NCBI GenBank assembly: GCA_003344405.1
Contig: NOWV01000003.1
Span: 496,001 to 560,000, forward strand
Origin: Trichoplax sp. H2
Lineage: Eukaryota
DNA length: 64,000 bases
Reading direction: 5' to 3'
The translations under genes and the position numbers were made by a program. Positions 26,099 to 38,447 of this stretch are shown in pieces (within the stretch, counting starts at the first letter, position 1; every line of letters starts with the position of its first letter). The notes under the pieces were generated by a model. That model did no database searches and had not been told where the DNA came from. It saw nothing but the letters and a program-made list of their open reading frames with translations.

Positions 26099-27891
26099 CT
26101 ACTTTCGGAACTCGATTTTTTCCACTTTTACGTCATCGCCTCGAAGCTGATAAACGTACGTAACAACAGTTGCGGATTGGATATCCATTAACGCGAAAGA
26201 TGGTGCAGCATCGCTATAAAATTTATAAAAGAAATTATAAATGAGAATTTTCTTACGTAAACTTTTCTTATTAGATTCTAAGATCATTGCAACAATATTT
26301 CCGTAGACTTTTAAAGAGCTAGGCACCTTTCTATAGGACTATATGCTCCTGTTGCTGAGCCAGGGTTGATATAAAATTTATTTTCGTGCTCGAATGCCTC
26401 AAACTGAGTTATAAGAGAAAAAATTAGAAGGTAGTAGCTATCACATTGCTCATTTTGAGTTTTTACCTTGTGCGTATGACCCGTAATTAAAATGTCTACG
26501 TCAAGCTGCCTTTGAACCTGTTTGAATGGAAAACATCTTAAAGAAGTGCAAAATGAATAGAATAGTAGTTCTCCTTATAGGTTACTCACTAAAGCCAAAC
26601 TCTCAATGTCACCCCAGGGTACGATTTGATGTCCATGGCATAAGCCAATACGAAACTGCCCTACAGTGATTACTTTTTGATCGGGATAAGAAGCATTCTA
26701 AATAACAAACTTTAGATCAGATACTGGTGGTGATCATAGTGCGATATTACAGTACTGATAATAAAATATAAACGTTAGTTTTAAGGTGCAAAAACCTCAT
26801 CAAAGTCTCCCTTAACCACATGGACGTCGCTTGCCAGGTTTTTCAAGTAGTCATAGGTTTCCTTGTTGCATAGGTTCCCAGTACATAGGATATGCTTAAT
26901 TTTCCCAGGTACCTACACCCAGATAATTAAGGAATGCAAAGTTACAGTCATACACTGCAGGTTTAATCGAGAACCTTCCGAAGATTATATTTTCAAGCGG
27001 GAATGAAACCGTAATACGCTAAACAGAATTGTTGTTAGCTAGAATTTAGGATCAGTAACTAGATATATCGTGCCAACGTGATTCACGGTGAGGATACATA
27101 CATCCTCAGTGATCCATTATAGTGCACTATCAGCTTACAAATGCTTACAAATTGACTGTTGGTACCACGTAATTTGAGATAACTAAAACTGGAGGTGAAA
27201 TATCAACATACGTAATTACATTCATTGATATACGTCGTACTTACCAATAGTTTCTTAAATTTGTTGGGAAGCTTGTTGCGTCGATGTGGAATATGAAGAT
27301 CTCCTATTACTAAAACTAACTAAAAAATCAAGATAGATGTAATGATTAGGATTGGCTGCAGAAATTTTTTATAAATATTCTGATCATAAGCAATACTTAA
27401 ACTATCAAAATAATACGAGAGTAAATATGTATAACAACCTCATAATCAGCTCTGCTGTACTGTGTGTGTGTACTGTAAGTTATAATGTGCAGCATACTGT
27501 AATCTATCTCTTTCACCGTACAGTAAATACAGTAATTACGGTACCACTTGATCATAATTCATTATGGTATTAGTGTACGACGGCATTTTAACACAGATGC
27601 AGATGCAAGTAATAAGATACTGTATATTAGAATTATTCAATGATTACGGAGTAAATTCGTAACTCTGACTTGTTTCGCTCGTGATTTTATATGTAGCAGA
27701 GCGTTCTGTAGAAGTTGCTACTGTACCCATAAAAAAACTACCTGAACCATCGATAAATAAAAAAGTGCTGCAGAGAAATATTATCTGGTAATGCAGTGTG
27801 AAAAATCTATGCATGAAGTCATATCGAAAGTTTGCACTTTTACTGCATTACTTTATCGTACATGTAGTAGATGATTGCTAGAACTTACCAT
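26099..27891 (-). CDS. VPS29: Retromer subunit VPS29
   Basis: Exons 27891-27889 (ATG only), 27319-27245, 26912-26796, 26697-26590, 26517-26467, 26403-26327 and a last exon ending at 26099: [14 protein letters not shown]...ILCTGNLC...VKGDFDE...[13 protein letters not shown]...ITGHTHKFEA...[10 protein letters not shown]...KVEKIEFRK*. Confidence 0.98.
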
Positions 27892-27964
27892 GGCTGCAAT
27901 GTTAACAACTCTTTGGTAAAGATAATCCGAATAAGTTAAATATTTGGCCAATGGATACCACTAG

Positions 27965-29352
27965 TGCAGTACTGTACTATACAGCCAGACCGATAATGAA
28001 GCTAAAAACCAGAACTCCTAGGACTTGACTGAAAGCGATTTACAGTACTGTACAGTGTACAGTACGTTAGAGTCAACTTCAATCAAGGATATTAAAACAT
28101 TAAAACGTGTTCAAAACACGGAATCAGAATCTTACAGTATTAAGTCTTCCATCAGCACAATAATTAACTATTTCATTCTTAATTGTACTGTACTGTACCG
28201 TACAGTAGCTGCAGTTGTGGTGTACACTCTACACTGTATATCGATAACCACATATTGGATTCATATTTTTGTTCTGATGTTCTTGTATATTTACTGCATG
28301 TCTGCATCGCGTAAACGCTAACATGTGCATATCCTACAGTACTAAACGCTACTGTACTGTATACTGCTGTACAGTACAGTACCGTAGTACACTGTACAGT
28401 GCACTGAGTACAGTACATTACACTGACAGTACAGTATGTCACACAGTACAGTACGGTAACGCCTAGAACCTGTAATTTGTAGTTTGCCATACTGTACTGT
28501 ACACTGTGTACTGTACAGTATTTAAAGATTTTATACACGATCGTACTACAGTATACAGTACTGTACAGTACAGTACAGTAGATGTTCACTGTACTGTACA
28601 TTGTACTGTAACTTGTACAATATACTGTACAGTACCGCAGCATTGTTGATAATATACAGTACATACTGTACTGTGCTGTACTGTACAGTATAATGTTTAA
28701 TGTTGTGGTAAATTGTTTAATAGAAAGAAGTCCCAAATTTGTGAGCTTTATTATCCTGTTTACATGATGCATGAAGATATCTTAAAAGCGAGGATGAGAG
28801 CATACTGTACAGTACCGAAAACAGTAATAAGAGAGTGATTGCCCGTGATAAGTTTTACATACAGTAAGTATAGTACTAACATAATGTACTGTACTGTACT
28901 GTATGAGCATGGATTCTACTGTACCATACCGTACAGTGTACAGTACTGTACAATACAGAAAAGTTTTACCGATTTTGCCCATAGTACTGTACAGTACAGT
29001 GTACAGTACAGTAAGTACAGTACAGTATAGTACAGTATTTTGCCATAAAACATTAATCGTACAGTATTTTACAGTACCGCACTGTACTGTACTGTACACT
29101 GTACATTCACTGTACTGTAGTACAATACTGTACGTACAGTACTGTACAGTACTACTGTACTGTGGTGTGTAGTTTGCGGTAGAAACCAGGACTGAGAACC
29201 TGAAATTTGTACAGTACTGTACTGTACAAATCAGTACTGCAGTTGGCATACAGTACAGCACAGTACAAAGATTTTACAAACGACCGTACCGCACTGTACT
29301 GTACGTACAGTACTGTAGTGTACTGTACTGTACAATAGTAATAATACTGTAC
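27965..29352. repeat. Largest (GTACW)n array (~1.4 kb), directly upstream of VPS29
   Basis: Patchy to continuous TACAG/CTGTA units; source of the spurious YSTVQ/LYCTV ORFs. Confidence 0.95.
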
Positions 29353-30319
29353 AATTAATAAATAAATAAAAATAAATAAATAGCTGAGAGAGGAAGCTAA
29401 AATCTTAATCTTCCATCAACATGGGAATACGGGTATTTCACTTGCTGGCATCTTCTTACTCGTAAAATACATGCAATAAAGGTACAATAAACGTAAAATA
29501 TTACGTTCTCTAGTAACATAATTGATTTATGCTAGAATAGAAAGACGTTCTGGTTCCAAACTATATTTTGAGAGAATAGATACTGTACTAGATCTGATGG
29601 GTTAATAATATAATTATAATGTACAGTACAGTACTATTTCATTTCGTTTGTGCGATAGAGTAAAAACCGAAATAAACAATCTAAAATGTTCCAAATAAGC
29701 AGCAAGCTGGATAAGTAGCATTTATTTATGCAAGATATTACTTACTGGTATGTTAAATTAATGTTTATGTAATTACTTTGCCATACTGCCGTAAACTGTA
29801 TCTTCAAAAACATAGCAACTGATTCATTTGTCCGGTACGCAATAGTCCAATTACTCGTTATACTCAGTATACAGTACAGTACTGTACCGCTGTATGTGGT
29901 ACAGGTTTAGCTATGTTTTGGTTAGTTACTTTTTGTTTAAAATATTCAAGGATATCTATGTCCATCGGTCATTTTAGATCGACCTACTCCTGTAATGTGC
30001 ATGTGGTTATACTGTACATTTTCGCCGATCAGTATGAACTCATTCTTACTGATGCTGTTACTGTAGTACGCGCGTTATCATTCATTTTTATTTACAAACT
30101 CACAGTTTCGTATCCAGTTCGGTACAGTTGGATCATAAAGAAAGAAATTAATTTATTGCATTTCGTGAAATTAGGCTGCATTGTACACTATACGTATATG
30201 TATGATACAATTTTCTCTTTGTAAGAGCTTGAGGTTGATGTATTAGCGAAACTTAGGAGTTTAAGCTTAAAAAATTATTTCTCTGATGGAATTACCTAGG
30301 TGCTTAAAATGGCTACGTA

Positions 30320-30540
30320 ATTGTACTGTACAGTGTACACTACAGTAAATGTTCCTTAACACTTTCTTACTGTACTATACTGTATAGTGTATAGTGTATA
30401 CCGTACTGTACGTATGTCTGTAACTATTTTTTTCCCATTTTTTATTTGTGGTCCGAATGCTAAACGTAATACTAAGTACTACAGTATACAGTACTGTACA
30501 GTACAGTATACTAACAGAACTTGTTTACATTTTACTGTAT
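30320..30540. repeat. (GTACW)n tract upstream of MTMR3/4
   Basis: gtactgtacagtgtacac...cagtactgtacagtacagta. Confidence 0.8.
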
Positions 30541-30550
30541 TGCACTTTGC

Positions 30551-30590
30551 CATGAACCACTAGAAAAAGTCATTTTTCTAGCGGTCCATG
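30551..30590. mobile_element. 40-bp CATGGAC-family palindromic mini-element
   Basis: CATGAACCACTAGAAAAA gtca TTTTTCTAGCGGTCCATG: 18-bp arms with 2 mismatches. Confidence 0.55.
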
Positions 30591-31127
30591 GCATTCGAAC
30601 AAATATTGGGGTTGACTGCGAAACTTGATTCCCTTCGCAATGGGAGATTTGCTTGGAAGATGACAGATCATTCATTACTGTACAGCATTATTACAGTTGC
30701 TATAATTATTAAGTCATTTCTTTAATGCATAGTTAGTTTATAGCGGCCCTGCTAGATGCGAGGTATTAGGTACAAGATCAGTTCTGGTTCATCATATAGC
30801 TCTGTCGATTTGAGTGCTTAATTAATACAAAAAATCTCGCCGATACGAAATCTATTCTATGCTATTTACATGTTATCTCATAGAACTACATAGAACAACG
30901 TGTTTTTGAAAAAGTGCTCGATCTACCGACTAGGGTTCGAGTGATTGCAATCATTTCCATTGATGCTATAATATTTAATAAGTACACGTCTACTATTAGT
31001 CAGTTTCAACACGCTCGTACCTTTTACATTTTAATCTCCAGTGACAAGTACGTGTACTATACTCGTATATTGTTCGTATGATTTATTAATTTATGCTTTA
31101 TTTCAGCTATACATCTGTATATCTGCC

Positions 31128-34100
31128 ATGAACGGAAAAGTGAAAAGGGACGAAGGTATAAATAGATTTAGATCTGCAACTAAAATTTATAAACAAGTTA
31201 TGTATTAGATACTTAACCCTAACAGATAGAACACTTCAAATTGTGAATATGATAGGAATCTTAAGATGATGTAGTATTCCGCGTCTGAAGCTTGATGTAT
31301 AGAGTTGCTACGTTGTTTATGGCTATTTATACTATATACAGTAGTATTTATAGATATTATAACGTTATTTCTGATATGGAATGTCTTTAATCGCAGAATA
31401 TCAAACGCTAAAAGCTCCATTCCGAGAATTAAATGGGGAATCTCTTCTTCATATGGGACGCATTAGTAAATCAACCTTTATGGCATTATCCGATTATCGT
31501 CTAATCATTTGTACCAATGGCAATGTTTATTGTGTAAGTGCTAATGTACATCTGTACCTAATTTTTATTTTGGAGCTGTGTTACGTTAGTGTAGCTTTGT
31601 GTACAGACAGTTTACACCTGTGCATAGTCCAGTCCTAGACTGTGTACAGTGGCAATGCAGCTAACTCCTTCATCGAATCCTGGACTGGCCAGTCTTTTGA
31701 GATATGTCACCCTTGAATAATAATTTCTAATGTATTAGATTCCACTAGGCTTGATCGACGCAGCAGAACTGGTACAGAAGGATAGTTTATCAATACTGTG
31801 CAAAACTGCTTCAAATCTGCGGTACACGACTTGATTTGACTATTAAGAAGCTATTATTTCAATTGCATTATTAAGAGTAGCTTTACGAAATTGATATATG
31901 TTCATTTCCTATGGATTACATACTTCTTTAGGTGTACATTTTCTTCAGAGATTTTGCAACGAACGTGGGTTAGTAAAATTTCCAAGGTGCTTCGGGATAG
32001 ATCTCACGTAGAAGGACTGTTTGCTTTTTGTCACATGGCTTGGAGTAAATGTCACCTGCAACATAAGGATAATGATAGTTTAAATCACGGTAAGGCTGCG
32101 TGTGATCCCTACTTTATACCATTTATTGCACAGTTTCGATACGTAATTCTGTAACTGTTATAATATTGGCTGATTTGTGCCATTATACAAAAAGGTATCC
32201 TAAGTATAGCTCTAATTATATAATTGTCAATGTAGACCACTACACTGACGTCTTCCAGGCTGAATATCATCGCTTGAAATTTTCGAATGAACATTGGCGT
32301 ATTTCCGATTTAAATACGAATTTTGAGTAATAGCGTTGAGCACATTAAATTCTTTTTTCGTAATTATTTAACAAATTATCTAAGATATGACCATCGAAGG
32401 ATGTTAGTGACTTTTCCGTTGATGTGCACTGCTAGATATTCCTCTACTTATCCCAAGTTGCACATCGTGCCTGCATCGGTTACAGATCAAATGTTGGAAA
32501 ATGTATTTCGATTCCGGTCATTAGGTCGCATACCGTCTGTAGTCTGGAGGTTCGTATAGTTTTTCTCAATATGGTAGAGACGTATGAAATGGTGTACGAG
32601 AGTATTTATTCAGTTTCTTTTCTTAACCATAAGTTCTTAAAATTACTGTCAATTATATCGATAATAATTAGGGATCAAGCTAGTGGCGCTGTTATTGCTC
32701 GTTCAGGGCAACCTCAGGTCGCCTTTTTAGGGTACCGGTGTGCCGAAGACGAATCTTTGATAAGAGCAATTGCTGAAAGTTCTACCGGCGACAAAGTTAA
32801 TGAAGATGAGGTAAAATTTGCGATAGCTTAACATTGCACTTTACGACTGAGTTGTTAACAGATTTCCTAACTGAGTAATGGTGGTAGCTTAAAGTTTTGC
32901 TTTAATTAATAATACATACGTTACACTGTAAGCATGCTTGGCTCACTCATTCATTATCTTCTCGGCTTGCATAATTACGATAGCTCACTAATGGTATGGT
33001 GGCTTCTGCCTGCGCCGGAAGTTTGGAAGATAAATCGTTCTACAATAATTTTTCTCCATTCAATATGTCTGCATCTTTAAACCCATTAGTAAGTAGTGGT
33101 TCTTACAGCGTTGAAGCTAGCTCCAGCCAGCGGAGAAATTCCTTTCAAATTATTGACGCGCGATCTTATGCAGCTGCTCTAGCAAATCGTGCAATGGGTG
33201 GTGGGTTAGAGTATCCAGGTAAAACTATTTTGCTATCATTATGTGATCACAGATCTCTCATATTTATACAGTAAGTTTTATGCTGTTCGTAGACTACTAC
33301 ATAAAATGCAATATAGAATATATGAATCTACCGAATATCCACGCCCTTAGGAAAAGCTTTCAGACTCTTAGAGCGTTATGTAATCAATCTTCTGACCAAT
33401 CAAGGTGTATAATTATATTTAGTTACATTCTAGTAATGAACATCAAATTCGTATTTCAGTTATCTTTAATGAATATGGAATTACTTGCTTACGTAACTAT
33501 TTTTTTAGTTGGCTGGCAAATTTGGAATCAACGAAATGGTTCCATTACTTGGGTGGTCTTATACGTACTGCATTATTGGTGTGCCAGTCTATAAAGGCTT
33601 CTCGTTCAGTACTTGTACACTGTAGCGATGGTTGGGATAGGACATCGCAAATTGTATCACTAGCAGAAATTATGTTAGATCCTTATTATCGAACTATAGA
33701 AGTATGCAAGATAGTTATAGTAGTACTTTGTCCGAGCTCGAAATTGGTAACGTATACCAAAAATTTTATACAATCTGTAGGGTTTTATTATTATTATCGA
33801 AAGGGAATGGCTTGCATTTGGCCACAAATTTGCCGATAGATGTGGACATTCCTTTCCACTTTCAGAATCTAACGAACAGAGTCCTGTATTTCTTCAATGG
33901 CTAGATTGTGTGCATCAACTGATGAAGCAATTTCCATGTTCATTCGAATTCAACGAAGCTTTACTGGTTGGCATATAGCTAATTGATATATGAATTACCG
34001 CTAATGACTTTATAATCGGGTTTTTACATCTGATCATTATTTTCAGATAAAGCTCGCATACCATTCGTATTCCTGCCTTTTTGGTACTTTCCTATTCAAC

Positions 34101-35463
34101 AATGTTCACGAACGTATCCAGCATAAGGTAGCTCAAAGAACGAAGTGTTTTTGGCGATTTGTTAGAACACAACGAGAAAAATTTTGTAATTTCCTATACG
34201 ATCTATATGATAAGCAAGTAGGTTGATATTTCAATCAATGGATCCATTAGCTGAATAAGGTGTATAATAATTCCATTGAACAAGCCCTTTCGTGCTCTTG
34301 GAATTTAGGTTCTAAACCCTTCTTATGAGTTTCGAGATTTGTCGTTCTGGACTAGGATGTACTTTCCAACATCGTCCAATACAAACGGTTCTCAGACGAT
34401 GTTATCGAGAAATCATGCTTCCTCTAATTCTGATGGCTACCCGAGTGCTTTACAATCGAATGGTAGAGATTTTACCGAAGATGATAGGAAATTGCACAGT
34501 CTGGATAACAATAACACTTATCAGCTTGGAAATAAAAAGATTGAAATCAATAGGCCCAACGATAATGCATATCTCTTGAGTTTTAGTGATCAGAATGTTG
34601 TAGTAAATGAATTAAACGATTCGGTAGCTAAAATAGATTTTATTGATCATGAATCAGAAAATGAGAATCAACCTGTTGATGAAAATTCTGATAAAGACCA
34701 ACATCCGATATTAAAACTGAAAGCAGAGTGTCGGGAGTCAAATCTCTCCGATCCACCGCTTTCTCCTGGATCGATAAAAGAATACTCTAAAAGGCTAGAA
34801 AATGTCCTCGATGTTGATGGTCTCGTAAAATTTGCTGATCCGGTGCAGGATAGACTACGAGATATCAGGTTATCATATCACTCAGAGATAGACCATTTGA
34901 GAGTGCAACTCGAAAACGCAATTCCGGGGTTGGATTCTAGTAGAGAAGTAGTATCGCGCGAGCAACTTGTAACGGTAGCAAACATCATCTAATCAAATTC
35001 TTTAGCTATTGGATTGTTACTAAAGTAAATATACAAACTTTACATTCTATTTTTCTTAGAATTTGGCTACTCCCAGCAATGGATATGATTATAAGGGTTT
35101 CTCAGTATCGGTCAGCGATGAGTTGCAAACCTGGGAGGAAGTCACTGAAGAGGATACTAAGAGAACTCTGTGGCTACCAGATTACGCAGTCTCAAATTGT
35201 CATGACTGTGGAGTACAATTTTGGTTTATAATCCGTAAGCATCATTGCAGGTATGTACTTATAAGCTAAATTATGGAGGAGACAGTTTTCCGTAGCAGGT
35301 GAATGCAAAAATTTAAAAACTTTATACGTTCTTAATTTGAAGGTGTTGCGGAAACATTTTTTGTGGTATATGCGCCAATCAGTTTATCCCTGTTCCGGAA
35401 GAGCAGCTATTTGACCCGGTTAGGGTTTGTAATAAATGTTATGCGAAGCTAAACGAAAGCTAA
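31128..35463 (+). CDS. MTMR3: Myotubularin-related phosphoinositide 3-phosphatase with C-terminal FYVE domain (MTMR3/4 orthology group)
   Basis: PH-GRAM start (APFRELNGES...ALSDYRL), then WRISDLN, STYP, FRSLGRIP, IARSGQP, IIDARSYAAALANRAMGGGLE, the active motif VHCSDGWDRTSQ, SPVFLQWLDCVHQL, and the FYVE motifs WLPD...RKHHCRCCG..FC...RVC. Stop TAA at 35461-35463. ATG 31128 splices in phase. Confidence 0.93.
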
Positions 35464-36002
35464 GCATTAGTGTTCCAGGCTTCAAATCAAGCGATATATT
35501 TTAGTTGTTGTACTTCAAAGAAATTAATTTATAAAGTAATGTAAAACAAAAATTGGTTCTATTTAAATTGAGTTTTATTACCCATTTACTGTTGCAGCTT
35601 TCTTTGAAACATGATCATACATTTCTTGATTTTAAAAATATATTGTAACATCATAATAAGATTATGCTTTTTTGAGGACTACAATGATGAAAATTAGCTC
35701 GTCTTTTATATAGATTTTAACAATTATTATATTCTAAATATGCTACAACAGAAACTTCGAGTTTTCATCGAAAGTAGATTTTATGATATTGACGTTCCAT
35801 TTTGGATGAATTACTAGAGTGGTTACGTCTTGACGAATGCAGATTTATTCCGCTCGTGGATAACATTAAGTGAATTGAGTTATTTAATAAATACGGCACA
35901 AACGTTCGTAAAATATTGCCATGTTTCACTTCCAACTTGACTTAGTAATCAAATAAAATACAAGTCATGCACGTCTAATGTACATAATGAAAAGATATCA
36001 AA

Positions 36003-37772
36003 TTAATCTTGTTTCGTGTGATCACGCTCCGCCGTTTTGCATTTTGCCCTAGTCTTTGCGCTTAGTTCATTAAGATCAAATGAGTACGTCAGATTTTCCT
36101 AAACATTTATGAACGAGTATCATTAATTCTTCAGTATTAGAGCTTACAGCTTAACGATGTAATCTATCGACGCTAGCTTTAGATCTTATAAAAATACGGC
36201 TAACCTTAGTAAAGAAGAAGCGCATTAACACTTTACCAGTAACTGATATTGCAGGACGTCTCGTAATTTCTTTACCGCCTTCAAATAAAATAACTGTTGG
36301 AATTTGTTTCGACATTACGCCGGTATTTATTTTGTATCTAAAAGAAGCAATACACTTAATGATAGTAGCAATAACAGTAAACTCATTAGTAACATTATAA
36401 AGTATATTTCTAACTCTTTCGCAATTTCTGGAAATCGGCTGATGTCAACTTTTCCAAATTTCAGTTTATCGTTCGCAAATCTATATATGATACGCACAGT
36501 ATAATGGATTATTTTTTCTTGAAAAATTGTAATATGAAATTACGAAGTACGTCAGTCAATACTTTATAAGGATGATGAATTTTTAAGTAATAAAGGTTGA
36601 GCGGCTGAATAAAATTATTAATCAAATCAACATAACGACACTTACTCTAACGAAAGTTGAGCAAATACTGGTGCTAGCCTTACGCATGTGTTGGACCAAG
36701 GTGTATAAAATGCGATTAACCATGTTATACTTTTATCTCTGGTAATCTCATCCTGCACCGTAAATGAGAGTGTTACTGTACTATTATCTTGGAAGTCTCA
36801 AGCACGTATTTAAAATTAACAGTGATTCATCAGCTATTTTACTAAATGAAGCACAGTATGCTTGCTCCAACAAGTTTAACAATTATTACTTGGTATTCAA
36901 TCATTGGTCTTACTTGTATATTGGAATCACTAAAGTATTCGACTTTATCAGGACCAGCGTAAACTGGCTCAGGAAACAGGAGGTATACAACTGTTTGTAA
37001 AAAATATTAAATATGGTAATTTCTGTATCGTACTATAAGGATGTAGAAGACACATTCTTATTTATTAAATTTTATATAATATTGGCGCATAAAAACAGAA
37101 ACGCTAAATTAATCACCTCATCTAAAGTGTAATGTCTAGCATAATAAATGTGATAGCTACGCAAGGAATAGCTTACCAATACACATGATAATGTATAGAG
37201 ATCCTAATTTAATATCTCTCCTGCAGAGTAGTATGCTGCTGCCAAGCTTAACATATAAAAAGTAGGGAGACGTGTATTCCAGCCAGGATCCTAAAATAGA
37301 TAGAAAATAAAATATTAGTAAATATTGAGAGTATCAGTCTGGTATTCATATTTAAATTAAATAAATAATAATATTGTACTGTACTCGGTATAACGTATAT
37401 ACGAGTATAATAGTAAGTTAGGGTTATAGCGATTTTGAGCTAAATTTGCATTGGTGTAACCTGGTTGAGCCTTCCTATTTTTAATAAAACCGACTATAAC
37501 AGCAAAAACCATGACTTCTAGTTCATCCTACGATATTAATACATCATTTAATTTTATCATAATGGATAAGACGAGCAGAAAAATAAAGATTGATATTTGT
37601 ATAATCATGATCCATAATGGTAGTTACAGTTTAGCATTACCCAGGTCATTTCACATTCCGATCCTGCAAAAAAATATGTGCATAAGGGTGGGAAGGAAGC
37701 CGTAATCGGAAAAAGTGAAACAAGAACTATATTGGCGACAGAATAAGCATTTAGTATTTGTGATCCGGACAT
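36003..37772 (-). CDS. TMX2: Thioredoxin-related transmembrane protein 2
   Basis: Absent from the ORF track. Spliced exons give MSGSQIL...FPPLC...CEMTW|DELEVMVF...KNRK|...PEPVYAGPDKVEYF|DEITRDKSITWLIAFYTPWSNTC (SxxC site)...LKFGKVDISRF...KQIPTVILFEGGKEITRRP...ENL...FDLNEL...*, all matching TMX2 hallmarks. Confidence 0.93.
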
Positions 37773-37929
37773 AATCAGGCTTACTGATCATCTAAGAATT
37801 ACGATAACCATATAAATCATGTAATACGAGTAAATACGGTAAGTATCCAGATTTCTACGTCCCGTACCCTGATTTGCAGAGGTTTTTATCTCCTGTCAAT
37901 ACTCTACTCACTGAGTTTCATGGTCTGAG

Positions 37930-38262
37930 TATAGTACAGTATAGTACTGTATCATTTTTTAGACTTTCCGGACTACAGTACTAAACCATCGAGGGACTTC
38001 TACAGTACTGTACTGTACAGTACAGTAACATTACAGTACAGTACAGTACAGTACTGTACACTACAGTGTACATACTGTACAGTACAGTACAGTACAGTAC
38101 TGTACAGTAGTAATCAGGAAAGTCTTACTGTACTGTACAGTATACTGTACTGTAACACTGCACAGTACTGCACAGTACTGTACTGTACTGTACAGTACAA
38201 CGAGGGATTACTGTGCTGTACTGTACACTGTACTGGATGGCATTGTACTGTACACGTGTACT
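37930..38262. repeat. (GTACW)n array filling the TMX2/DERL2 divergent promoter
   Basis: Near-pure cagtacagtacagtactgtac units between two ATGs that are 676 bp apart. Confidence 0.95.
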
Positions 38263-38447
38263 ACACGTTACGTTTTAGGTAGGTTCATTCTTGTATCACT
38301 GCAATCTCTTTCCCAGTTTCTCTGGTTAACGCGAACGGTGTAAAATTAAAGTTAATTAAAATATTCGATACGCAGACAGTGCTACTATTTAAGAAAAGTA
38401 TTTAAAATTCATCTGTACCAATCTGATAAATTAACCTCATTTATATT

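Noticed and set aside
28025..29261. ORFs of 60-197 aa rich in YSTVQ/LYCTV (also near 15899, 17573, 52709, 59901, 60526 and 61423)
   Set aside because: (TACAG)n has no stop codon in any frame on either strand, so these are repeat artefacts.
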